The notes beneath the pieces were generated by a model. It was not told where the DNA came from. It worked only from the letters and a program-made list of their open reading frames with translations, and searched no databases. A DNA stretch of 64,000 nt from an uncultured virus (IMG/VR IMGVR_UViG_3300011114_000889) (lineage: Duplodnaviria; Heunggongvirae; Uroviricota; Caudoviricetes). Location: the IMG/VR virus record IMGVR_UViG_3300011114_000889, one strand, 5' to 3'. This document shows positions 28,332 to 38,100 of this stretch, piece by piece. The position numbers and the translations under genes are program-made. Each line of letters starts with the position of its first letter. Positions within the stretch are counted from its first letter, which is position 1.

Positions 28332-30358
28332 CAATTGTATACCAAACAGTAACGGCGGGGGATGTTTACTCGCGCACTATAACCGCGTCGAATACAATTT
28401 ATTTTGCTGCTGAGAATCTCCCTCAAGGATTGTCTATAAACCAAGAAGGTGTTATTTCAGGTGTTCTTCAACAAGCCGGACGATTTGCAATCACTATTTT
28501 AGCCAGAGGGGCTGGAGGAACAAGCGCTGCTATTCTTGACCTCACCGTCAATACTCCTCCTGTGCCCTTTATTACTAGTGTTGACGAAGTGACGCATGAA
28601 ATGGCTACAGCTTTTTCATATCAGATTACGGCTTCTTCGCCAACCGCTATTCTTTCCTATGGAGCAACCAATTTACCTACTGGGCTATCCGTTAATACAG
28701 GTACTGGGTTGATAACGGGAACACCTACATCTGGCTCAAATGCTGCTGCTGTGTTTTCTACCGCCTATCTAAGCGCCACAAATGCCGCTGGAACTGGATA
28801 TCAAGATTTACTTTTCACCCTCCCACAACGCCCCGTTATCACAAGCTCTTTGACTCCATTATCTTTTACTGCTGGCGTTGCAATTACCCCCTACACAATT
28901 ACAGCCGCAAAATCCCCAATATCTTTTGGCGCTTCCCCAATTCCTTCCGGGTTAAGTATTAATACAAGCACAGGAATAATTTCTGGAACTCCCGTGACTC
29001 CACCAGGCTCAGTCGCACAGTCAACTAATATTATATTATCGGCCTCTAATCAATACTTTACTGGAGTTGCTACTCTAAATGTTACTGTTAATGTACCTCC
29101 AATTATAACGAGTGGAGATACCACTGGAGACGATGGTGGGGCTTTTTCTTACCAGATTACTTTGGGTGGTGGAACCTCAAATGCAGCTTCTTCATACGGC
29201 GCGACAAATCTTCCTTCGGGAGTATCAATAAATACTTCTACTGGGCTCATAAGCGGTACACTTAACTCGGGGTGGTCCGACACCGGAATCATGTCGATAG
29301 GTCTATCCGCTGTTAGCGTATTAGGCCCCACAATTACAAAAACGATAACTCTAACAATTAACCCAGGTCTTTTTGATGGGGGTGGTCAAGTATCACCTTC
29401 TGCCACTTATGGAACTCTTTTTGGCGATGCTTTTTTGGGGCAAAACACAGTTAGATATGTTTCGAATTTTCTAGGTGGGACTAGATATATAAGAACTCTC
29501 GGTTCGTCTTTTGGTCCATACCCCTACCCACAACCAGCAACCCTTGCGATTAATGGGGTTATTGAAACTTTTAATAATAAAATTTATGCTTCTACTTATT
29601 ATAGTCCTGGTACTGGTGCTGATGGTACTCATACTATTTATAAATGGAATGGATCCTCTTGGGATTCTTATTATCAAGCATCGGGCAGAGGAGCCTATAG
29701 ATTATTTTGTGACACAAACAATTCTATTTATTTTACCGGCCCAGGCGCCTCTATACTGAAGATTACTGATGCTGGAGTTGTTTCAACATTCTTAACTGGT
29801 CTCACTGGTCTGTGTTGTTTTAGTATTTATAACCACAGTGGAAGCTCTCAGTACATGTTAATTGCCAGAATGATTCTACTTGGGGGTTCTGGGGGTCTAT
29901 ACGATGTTATATTTGATTTTTATAACATGAGTGGAACTTTATTGTATACGTTTACAAAATCTGGAGCAAATATTGGAGTCGGGGGGAATTATGGTGTTGT
30001 TACTGGTTTAGCTCCTTTTGCTCCATTTGTAGCCTCCCCGCTTTCTTATGGCTTTACAGCAATGACTACTGGGAATAATTACAGACTCAGCACTTTTACG
30101 CCATCCGGAGAAGTTTTAGTAAACCCAAACGTGGCTCCGTTTTTACCTGTCTACGGTTTCCAGTGGGATTTTGGAACGGGGGTAAATGCAAGCGGTCAAC
30201 TATCTAGTGACGGAGCATTATACTATTATTCTAATACTACTGGGGGGAATGGTTACCTAACAGCTTTGAGAACAGACGTCCCAATAACTTCTTCTGCTGC
30301 TTATATTACCGGACCTTCGGCGGCTGGGTCGGGAAGTAAAAACGGACCTCTCCCTTGA
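28328..30358 (+). CDS. Ig-repeat (He_PIG-like) adhesin/receptor-binding protein
   Basis: Four repeats of the type LP.GLSIN..TG.ISGTP followed by an aromatic beta-rich C-terminal domain. Confidence 0.82.
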   Translation: MTIVYQTVTAGDVYSRTITASNTIYFAAENLPQGLSINQEGVISGVLQQAGRFAITILARGAGGTSAAILDLTVNTPPVPFITSVDEVTHEMATAFSYQITASSPTAILSYGATNLPTGLSVNTGTGLITGTPTSGSNAAAVFSTAYLSATNAAGTGYQDLLFTLPQRPVITSSLTPLSFTAGVAITPYTITAAKSPISFGASPIPSGLSINTSTGIISGTPVTPPGSVAQSTNIILSASNQYFTGVATLNVTVNVPPIITSGDTTGDDGGAFSYQITLGGGTSNAASSYGATNLPSGVSINTSTGLISGTLNSGWSDTGIMSIGLSAVSVLGPTITKTITLTINPGLFDGGGQVSPSATYGTLFGDAFLGQNTVRYVSNFLGGTRYIRTLGSSFGPYPYPQPATLAINGVIETFNNKIYASTYYSPGTGADGTHTIYKWNGSSWDSYYQASGRGAYRLFCDTNNSIYFTGPGASILKITDAGVVSTFLTGLTGLCCFSIYNHSGSSQYMLIARMILLGGSGGLYDVIFDFYNMSGTLLYTFTKSGANIGVGGNYGVVTGLAPFAPFVASPLSYGFTAMTTGNNYRLSTFTPSGEVLVNPNVAPFLPVYGFQWDFGTGVNASGQLSSDGALYYYSNTTGGNGYLTALRTDVPITSSAAYITGPSAAGSGSKNGPLP

Positions 30359-30391
30359 CAAAAAAATGCAACCCCTTAATCTAAAGGATCT

Positions 30392-30814
30392 ATGGCCGAA
30401 ATAACGATTACTTCCGGTAGTGTGCCAGCCGGAACTCCTTATCCCGGAAATTTTGGAGACTTCCTCACAACTTTATCTTCCTATCTTTCGGTTCAGTATC
30501 CCGACGAACTTCGCTACGCAGTTGTTAGTTCCTCCACTCCAACGGGTTCGGACCAAAATAAGTTGTGGTTTAAGATCAACGCCCAAAGCGGTTTGCCATC
30601 CACTGTCAATCTTTTTGTCAATGGATCATGGCTTGAATTTACTCAGTTCAATTTTGGTGACATGGTGCTCGTAGATTCGACATCAAATGTTATTGCCCCG
30701 TGGGGAGAGGGATCTAGCACTTACACCGTGGCGGGGCAAGAACTTTTAACTCCACCCACTCCAGCCGCCCCCAACGGTTACAAGTATAAAGTCTACGTAG
30801 GGAACTACTCATGA
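30392..30814 (+). CDS. Virion protein, short paralog of 26514..28331
   Basis: Shares NKLW, G.W.EF...N.GD, PWGE and P.GYKYK.Y.G motifs. Promoter TTGACA-16-TAATCT upstream. Confidence 0.75.
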   Translation: MAEITITSGSVPAGTPYPGNFGDFLTTLSSYLSVQYPDELRYAVVSSSTPTGSDQNKLWFKINAQSGLPSTVNLFVNGSWLEFTQFNFGDMVLVDSTSNVIAPWGEGSSTYTVAGQELLTPPTPAAPNGYKYKVYVGNYS

Positions 30815-32028
30815 TCCGCAGAACATATGGATCGGTAAAACAGCAGTTAGCCCGCGTTACCCAGAACGGGATGTGCGCGGATAATCCCCAGCTTTTAGCC
30901 CGAGTCAATGAAGCACAGGAACGGTTGCTCAACAAAGGACTTTATGCGGGAACTTATGGCCGTTACTCTGTTTGTGTTTACGGTGGGTGCATCACTCTTC
31001 CCCGCGAGTTTGAATCAATCCTAGGATACAACTTTGGAGGAGCTCCCGCACAGGTTTATAACCAATGGTATGAGTTTATGGCCAACGGCCCGGGAATGAT
31101 TCAAGCCGGAGATTGGCGTCAGTTAGTCGACCGTGGTTATGTTCCTTGTTTTAGGTCATTGGCAGCTCAAAGTTTTATTCGTGTTTACACCGATCTTATT
31201 GAAGACGCCACCTCAACCATTCTATTTCGCGGATCAGATACTTACAACGACCGAATCCAGACGCAGGAAAACGGAGCCTACATCGACGGCGAGCGTTTGA
31301 ACTTGAGCGCCGGTTCGGGGAATTCTAGTGTATTGGTTTCTGGGTTTGCTGGGGCAGCCGTTGTGGCTAACGGTGTTTATGCTTTTTACACCACAGCAAA
31401 CTCAAAACCCGCTTACAGAAATCTTAACGGGTGGATTATAGTAAATAACGGGTCTGTCTGGCAATTTATAGCTCCCGACAGTAGTGTAGAGACTTCCTCA
31501 TTATCGAATTCCGCATACCCGTGGCAAGTTGGTTACGACAATCCAGCTGTACTAACTTTAACAGAACTCCCCCGCACCACAGTCAACGCCTTTCGATCCA
31601 TCGATGCAATAAACAAAACCCCTACGAAAGGTTGGGTCCGTGTCTATGCAGTCGATCCGACCACGGGTTCCGAATACTGCATCGCCATACTTGCGCCAGA
31701 CGAGACTTTGCCCCAGTATAGGCGATATGCAATTCCAGGCTTTGAAAATGAGGAAGGGTCTGCCGTTACAGTACTTGCCAAACGTAAGTTCATTCCGGTC
31801 ACAGGCGACGATGACGATCTTATCGTCACCAATCTCGGCGCTCTTAAGATGATGGCAATTGCCATTGAAAAAGAAGAAAATAACAATCTTGTTGAAGCCC
31901 AAGTTTACGAGGAAAAAGCTGTGGATCTTTTGAAAGAAGAACTAAGAGAGGTGGACGGAGCCAGCATTGGCCGACCTCAGGTCCAGATGAGAGCGTTTGC
32001 AATGGGTGAAATTCCCAACATGGCGTAA
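30811..32028 (+). CDS. Putative head-tail adaptor/tail tubular protein
   Basis: Helical N-terminus (LLARVNEAQERLL), ITLP.EF, helical C-terminus. Lies before the internal virion genes. Confidence 0.6.
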   Translation: MIRRTYGSVKQQLARVTQNGMCADNPQLLARVNEAQERLLNKGLYAGTYGRYSVCVYGGCITLPREFESILGYNFGGAPAQVYNQWYEFMANGPGMIQAGDWRQLVDRGYVPCFRSLAAQSFIRVYTDLIEDATSTILFRGSDTYNDRIQTQENGAYIDGERLNLSAGSGNSSVLVSGFAGAAVVANGVYAFYTTANSKPAYRNLNGWIIVNNGSVWQFIAPDSSVETSSLSNSAYPWQVGYDNPAVLTLTELPRTTVNAFRSIDAINKTPTKGWVRVYAVDPTTGSEYCIAILAPDETLPQYRRYAIPGFENEEGSAVTVLAKRKFIPVTGDDDDLIVTNLGALKMMAIAIEKEENNNLVEAQVYEEKAVDLLKEELREVDGASIGRPQVQMRAFAMGEIPNMA

Positions 32029-32031
32029 TTT

Positions 32032-33453
32032 ATGGCTTTTGAAATGTCAGCTTCTGATAATGCGTGGAATGACTACATGAATTCCCCGGCGAGCAAAAAA
32101 ACTTGGCAAGAATCTTTTGCGCCAAGTTCTGGAAGTTTGTGGGCTAACCAGCCATCACCAAGTCAGTACAAGAATACTGGTGGTGTTCGAACTCCAGCCA
32201 AAAATGTTTTTGGCGGCGGTGGCGGTTCTGCCGGATCGCGCCTTGGCGCTGGGCTTTCTGGAGCTAGCCAAGCTCAAGCAACACCAGTTGAATTTTTCTT
32301 AGGCGCTGCACCCACAATGCAGGGAGTCGACTTATCCGGAGTGATGGGTAATTTTCGAAATACATTTAATCAAATTAATAGCGGAGTAAATCCAAATTTT
32401 TTTGTTGACCAGAATCAACTTGTCGCGGATGCAAAGTCCGCAGCCCAGAAACTTAATTTAAGTCCAGCTCAAATCAAGAGCATGATTGCCGGAATTAATC
32501 CGTCGATCTCGGATGTTACAAATCAAGCTGCTGCCGCTGCTGCTCAGTTAAATGATCCTACGAAGATAGGAACACAGGCCAACAAAATGGCCGAGATTTT
32601 AAATAAAAAATATATCGATCAGTTTGATTCCGCAATGCCTGGTTACAAAGCGAACATGGCAAAGACCAATGAGATCACATCCAACTACCTTGCCGGAAAA
32701 ATACCAACGGATGTGGTCGACCAGATTTTCAGAAGTTCCGCCGCTAAAGGTTTTGCCACTGGATTGTACGGAGGTGGCCTCGGCCGGAACTTAGTTGCTA
32801 AAGACCTTGGCTTGACGAGCCTACAACTTCAAACTGCCGGAGCTGGATTGCTTGACCAGACAGCCAAACTTGCTGCTACAGTTGGTCGCGAGATGATGCC
32901 GGTTAGTGGAGCTGAATTTGTAAACCAATTGATTACGAATCCCGCTACTATCTTCAGCACGATCGCTCAATATAATCACGTTGACCCAACTTCAATTTTC
33001 AATGCCGTCTATGTAAAGTCTTCCGACGTCTATAACAATATGGCAAACATGGCCCAACAATCTACCATGGCCCGAGCAAATTTTGAAGCCAGTAAAATGG
33101 TTCCCCCAAGTCTGGTGTTTGGAGCTTTGACCGACCAAGCTCAATACAATAGCCAAATTTCAAATTCCAATGCCCTCAACGCTTGGCAGAGTCAGGCATT
33201 GCCCGGTCAGTTCGATATCAAGAAGGGGCAATATGTGTCGTTCAAACCGGGTGAATACTCGGCTACGAGACCTAATCTTCCTGGCACTGGTGGTGCGGGC
33301 TCTGTTACCAGCATTAATATGGGTGGAGTAAATGTTCCAATTTCTGCATTAAAGGGACCCGGAGGACGAGCATTTGTAGCACAAGCGCAACAGCAAGCAC
33401 AACAACAAGCACAGAACTGGACAGGGTCAGCCTATGTGCCACAATTAGCGTAA
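32032..33453 (+). CDS. Putative internal virion (ejection) protein
   Basis: Ala/Gln/Gly-rich and helical. First of three genes of increasing size ending in the giant ORF. Confidence 0.6.
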   Translation: MAFEMSASDNAWNDYMNSPASKKTWQESFAPSSGSLWANQPSPSQYKNTGGVRTPAKNVFGGGGGSAGSRLGAGLSGASQAQATPVEFFLGAAPTMQGVDLSGVMGNFRNTFNQINSGVNPNFFVDQNQLVADAKSAAQKLNLSPAQIKSMIAGINPSISDVTNQAAAAAAQLNDPTKIGTQANKMAEILNKKYIDQFDSAMPGYKANMAKTNEITSNYLAGKIPTDVVDQIFRSSAAKGFATGLYGGGLGRNLVAKDLGLTSLQLQTAGAGLLDQTAKLAATVGREMMPVSGAEFVNQLITNPATIFSTIAQYNHVDPTSIFNAVYVKSSDVYNNMANMAQQSTMARANFEASKMVPPSLVFGALTDQAQYNSQISNSNALNAWQSQALPGQFDIKKGQYVSFKPGEYSATRPNLPGTGGAGSVTSINMGGVNVPISALKGPGGRAFVAQAQQQAQQQAQNWTGSAYVPQLA

Positions 33454-33456
33454 TTT

Positions 33457-35103
33457 ATGACACCAGTAGCCCCAGATTATGTAGGCCAGGTTCGCGGAAT
33501 CATCGGTGATTTGCGCGAGAACTACTTGAAAAAACAGCAATTGTTCCAACAGGATGAACAAGAGAAGAACAGATTGGCGTTGTCTTACGCACAATTAGAT
33601 CAACAGGCCGCAAATCAGGCACAAGAAGCGCAGATTAACACAGCTCGAATTGCCTCGGCTGATGCCCAAAATGCTGGTCAGCTAATCAAAGCGCAGTCCG
33701 AAGCGCAGAGCAAAGCTTTGGACAGAGACTTAGATGAACGAAAGTTTAACTTTGAACAGACAAAGGCTCTTCTGGAACTGAATCAAAAAAATGCGATTAG
33801 AGAGCAAGAGGTTTCAGCCGCTCGACTTGAATCGGAATTGATGCTGGCTATTGAAAGCGGAGATGGTCTTAAGGTAGCTGAAGCAACTAATAAGGGCTAT
33901 GCTTCGGGTCTAAATATAAAACAACAAACCGATGCCTATAAAAACGCCTTGGCTTTGGTTGCAAATAAAAGACTGTTAGAACAAGACTTTACTAATGTAA
34001 GAACTCGTCCTCAAGCCGTGGCAGTAATCAATCGGATTAATGAACTAGACGTTACAAAAATTGGTCCAGATCGCTTAAAAAGTGAATTGTCTAAAGGAAA
34101 TGAAGAGTTTTATAACTTAGGGAATAAAGATGAAAACCTAATTAAAATGTATTCTGAAATTGCTCAGGGTAAAGCAAAGCAACAGGACGAATATCAAAAA
34201 GCTGAACTTGGTACTTCTATGGGACAATTTGAAACTCGAGCGATTGTGGGAGAACTTCCAAAGTCTGCTCAAAAACAGTGGGATGAGTTGCAAGCTAAAT
34301 ACCCTGGAAAAGAAGATAAATTATCAGAAAATTATATCAACGAAAAAAGTAGGCTCATGTTTCAAACTACTAAAGCAGAAGCCAATGAAGAAATCTTGAG
34401 TTGGAAAACTAGGGCAAATGAGATTATAACAAACGTTTTAACCCAACATCCCGAAGTGGGTGCAGTAGTCATAAATAAAGAAACAGGAAAACAAGAGCGA
34501 GTATTTCCTTTTGCCCCTCCCGATCTTTCTGCTACGGTCGGTTGGGACGCCGCAATCAATCCTCTTACTGGAAAAATAAATCCAGCGAAACGAAAAGAAT
34601 ACGAGAAGTGGTTAGACGACGTAAATCAGAGAGGTCTTTTAGACCTTCCCTCTGCAAATCCTATGATTCAAATGATGGAGGCAATGTCAACTCGTGGGCT
34701 TCCCCCAGTTTCACCCGCCCCGTCCGCTCAACCCGGGCAGACTCCGGCAACCCTTCAACCCGGCAAGACTCCCGCCGCGGCCCAACCCAATCAGGAGACT
34801 GCACAAAGCGGTCAAATCCCAATCAGATTACTCAAAATTGATTCTCCAATGGTTGCCGAGGCTGGCACTGCCATTATTCCCACCGCTCCTTCTGCTCAAG
34901 GCACAACCAAAGTTCAATTATCCCCGGAAACCATGTCCAAAGTTGCAGAAGTTGTTAATATGTACAACGCCAATCCGGATGCCCTGTACCGCGGTAGACC
35001 AGTAAGGGAAGTTATTGCCAAGCTTAAACAACAGTTGGGAGAACTTCCTGGACTTGGCCAAACACCTGAGTCAAACGTAGTTAACCAGGGACAAAATCGT
35101 TGA
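33457..35103 (+). CDS. Putative internal virion (ejection) protein
   Basis: Gln/Ala-rich coiled coil with QPG(Q/K)TPA repeats near 34730-34800. Confidence 0.6.
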   Translation: MTPVAPDYVGQVRGIIGDLRENYLKKQQLFQQDEQEKNRLALSYAQLDQQAANQAQEAQINTARIASADAQNAGQLIKAQSEAQSKALDRDLDERKFNFEQTKALLELNQKNAIREQEVSAARLESELMLAIESGDGLKVAEATNKGYASGLNIKQQTDAYKNALALVANKRLLEQDFTNVRTRPQAVAVINRINELDVTKIGPDRLKSELSKGNEEFYNLGNKDENLIKMYSEIAQGKAKQQDEYQKAELGTSMGQFETRAIVGELPKSAQKQWDELQAKYPGKEDKLSENYINEKSRLMFQTTKAEANEEILSWKTRANEIITNVLTQHPEVGAVVINKETGKQERVFPFAPPDLSATVGWDAAINPLTGKINPAKRKEYEKWLDDVNQRGLLDLPSANPMIQMMEAMSTRGLPPVSPAPSAQPGQTPATLQPGKTPAAAQPNQETAQSGQIPIRLLKIDSPMVAEAGTAIIPTAPSAQGTTKVQLSPETMSKVAEVVNMYNANPDALYRGRPVREVIAKLKQQLGELPGLGQTPESNVVNQGQNR

Positions 35104-35137
35104 CGTCGGGCAGGAATCTGCTTGAATAGTTTGGTTT

Positions 35138-38100
35138 ATGGCAGATCCCCTTTCTCCTTTGAATGCTGGTTTGCCTGATAGCCTCGACAGCATTGTCGGA
35201 GATATTCTTGGGCAACCCCCGACCCAGCAACAGGACGAACTTGATTCTATACTAAGCCAGCCTTCTCCGGCTTTGGCCCAAGCCAGCCAACTTATGGAGC
35301 TTCGGGATAACCCGAAAGCTAATGACCTTTTGCTCGGTACGGCCACCCGTTTTAAGGAAGGTAAACTCCCCTTTAACACACAGTCATGGCAGGATGCTCA
35401 GAAAAATGTTAATGATTATGTAAAATCCACTTCTCAAGCGACCCTTGATGCCGAGAAAAACAATGACTGGCTGGGCCTTACAAAAATTGCAGTTGGGGGT
35501 GTGGGTAAAGTTATTGGGTCTTATTTGCAGAGCGGACTTGGTATTACGAATGAAGATGCCAAAGCCATGCAGGAAAGTCTGGCATCCCGCAATTACATCG
35601 GGACAATCAAGGACTCTACCCAAGCAGCAAAAGCCCTTGAGCTTGGAACTCTATACTCCGATGAGTTAACGGCGGGGAAATCTATCGCCCCCAAGGATCA
35701 AGCTCCCGCGATGGAGTTTGGGCGTGGCGCATGGAATACTCCCAAAGTTGGAATGAACCTGGCCCGAGCACAGGAATATTACAAAGACCTTCAGAGCGAC
35801 AAGACAAAGAAGCTTGGCACGGCTGGACTTCGAAATTTTGCGATTCAATCTGGCGATGCCTTTATCCCTTTCGTTTCTGTTGGCGATATTATTGTTGATG
35901 AAAATGATCCTGATCAAGTAGCCCGTCGCGCCGCTCTAACCAATGGGATTAACGATGTTATTCAAAAGGATTACATGCCATCCACCTTGGCTGGATTAGC
36001 CACCGGTTCTTTGGGTCAGTTCATGTCAGTTGGGGCGGGTTGGACAAAGTTGTTAGGTAGGTCAGCAGAAATTGCAGGCCAGACAATCAAAGTTCCTACG
36101 ACTCTGTCGAAGGGCGCAACTTACGCAGTTGTCGGAGCTTCTCAGTCTCTCGACCAAGACCCACGGAATTTGAGCGTCGGACAACGTCTAGCCTCGATTG
36201 TGAGTGAAGCCGGAGTCTTAGCCCTTTCCGAAGAAGCTGGTAATAGGTTGGAGGATGTAGCTGACCATGCCTTGGCCAATCACATGGTCGCAAAGGCTCT
36301 ACAAACCAAACTACCTATGTTTGCTCCGGTTGTTCAGGGTACTGCAAAATTAATTGGAACAACTCTTGGAGAAACTTCATCCGATGTGATTGACGCGATT
36401 GCTCGCGGGCAAGATCCTATTGCCCAGATTCCAGAAAGCTTAGCAGCTTCCGGAGGTATTGGTCTTGGCATGGTATTGGCCGAAGGGTTTGTTGGTCGTA
36501 GAGCAAGACTTAATCAGATGGCGAATGACAAGTTTGCAGATACTCTCCGTCAAGCTGTCACTGGAATTAAGAGCGACCCAAAGATTCCAGAAGATCAGAA
36601 AATGCAACAGATTGTTGAGCTTCGGGAATCTTTGAACAGCCCTCAAGCCCAAGCCCTTTTTGATGCCGTCAATGTTCGCGCTTCTCTTGACCCAAGAACT
36701 GCTCCTGAAACTACAGCTGTAGCTGATGAAGCTATTAACAATGCTAAGCAAGGTGCGATTGAATCCATGCTTTCAAGCAAGGTGGCAGAAGCTCAGGCTC
36801 AAGTACAGCCAATACAAATGGGAGTTCCTCCTACCGCGGAAACCAGAGCCCCGGAATCCGAGGAGGAATCACTCGGTGCCCTTAACGAACTAGTTAACGA
36901 ATTTCAAAAGGGGGTTACCTCGATTGACCTTTCTTCCACCCCCGCCAATCAAGCTAAGATTGACTGGCTTGAGAGTCAGGGTCGTGTTTATGGAAAGCTA
37001 AGTGAGGACGGATCACGATATCAGGTTCTAGGAGTCAAGGATGCCGAGGGTAATTGGATCGGTAAAGAAGATCCAGCGGAGATCATGCAGGACGAGAAGG
37101 ACGCAATCTTGCAGGAGATCGAGAACAAACCGGGGATCACGCAAGCTCAGATCGACGAGATCAGTGATTTATTGGATACGGCTGGGTCGATGCCAGAGAT
37201 TGAGGCCATTGCTTCGAAGCATCTGGGACCAAGCCAAATTCAGACTGCGCTGGAAACTCGTCTCGCCCAACAACAGGAGTTGGTTGCCGAGGAAAGACCA
37301 GCCGAGTTCAGGGCTAAAAAGATTGCGGATCAGATCACAGCTTTACAGACCAAGATCAGGCAGTCTCCTTTGGAGGAAACTCCGGCCCTCGAAGAACAGC
37401 TTGCCAAGTTGCAGGCCATGCAAGGTCAGGGAGAGTTGGAACGCGGAGCTCGCGGAGAACAAAGCGTAGCAAGTTTGATCGGACAGTTTGAACGAGAGAC
37501 TAATGCGGGAATCAAAAGCGGAGCGATTTCTCCTGAACCAGAAGCCCGGCCCGACGTTATCCTTGCCATTAACAATCCCGAACAAGCATCTTATCAGAAG
37601 TTCCAGAAGCTAGCCCCCGATCCTAGGGAGAATGATGTAAATGCTCTAGGTGATGTATTCAATCTGAAGAACCCCTCAACGGTTGAATTACTTCAGAGTC
37701 TTGGCGCGATTGACGAAAACGGTCGTAACACAATGACTCCCGCCGAGACTTTAATGGCTTATATCAAGCGTAAGAACACTTACCTTCAGAGCAAATCGTT
37801 GGCTGGCTATCAAAAGTATAACATTGCGGACGAAGTTTCAAACGGAACAATCAATTCGTTCCTGTACGAATTGCGTCAGGGCAAAAGTAATCTTTCTTTA
37901 AGCACTATCTTCAATAGTCGTCTTCGGGATTTCATTCGGCAAGCGGTTCCCCGCATGCGGGCTGGTGTTGGAATTGGCGCGGCGGTTAGCATGGAAACTC
38001 CCGGGCTTCGAACTCAGGCTGTGGATGCCGAGACGCTGGCCGAAGAACAGGGACTTAATCCAGCGGTTGCTGGCGCCATTAATGAGACTCTCGACCAGAT

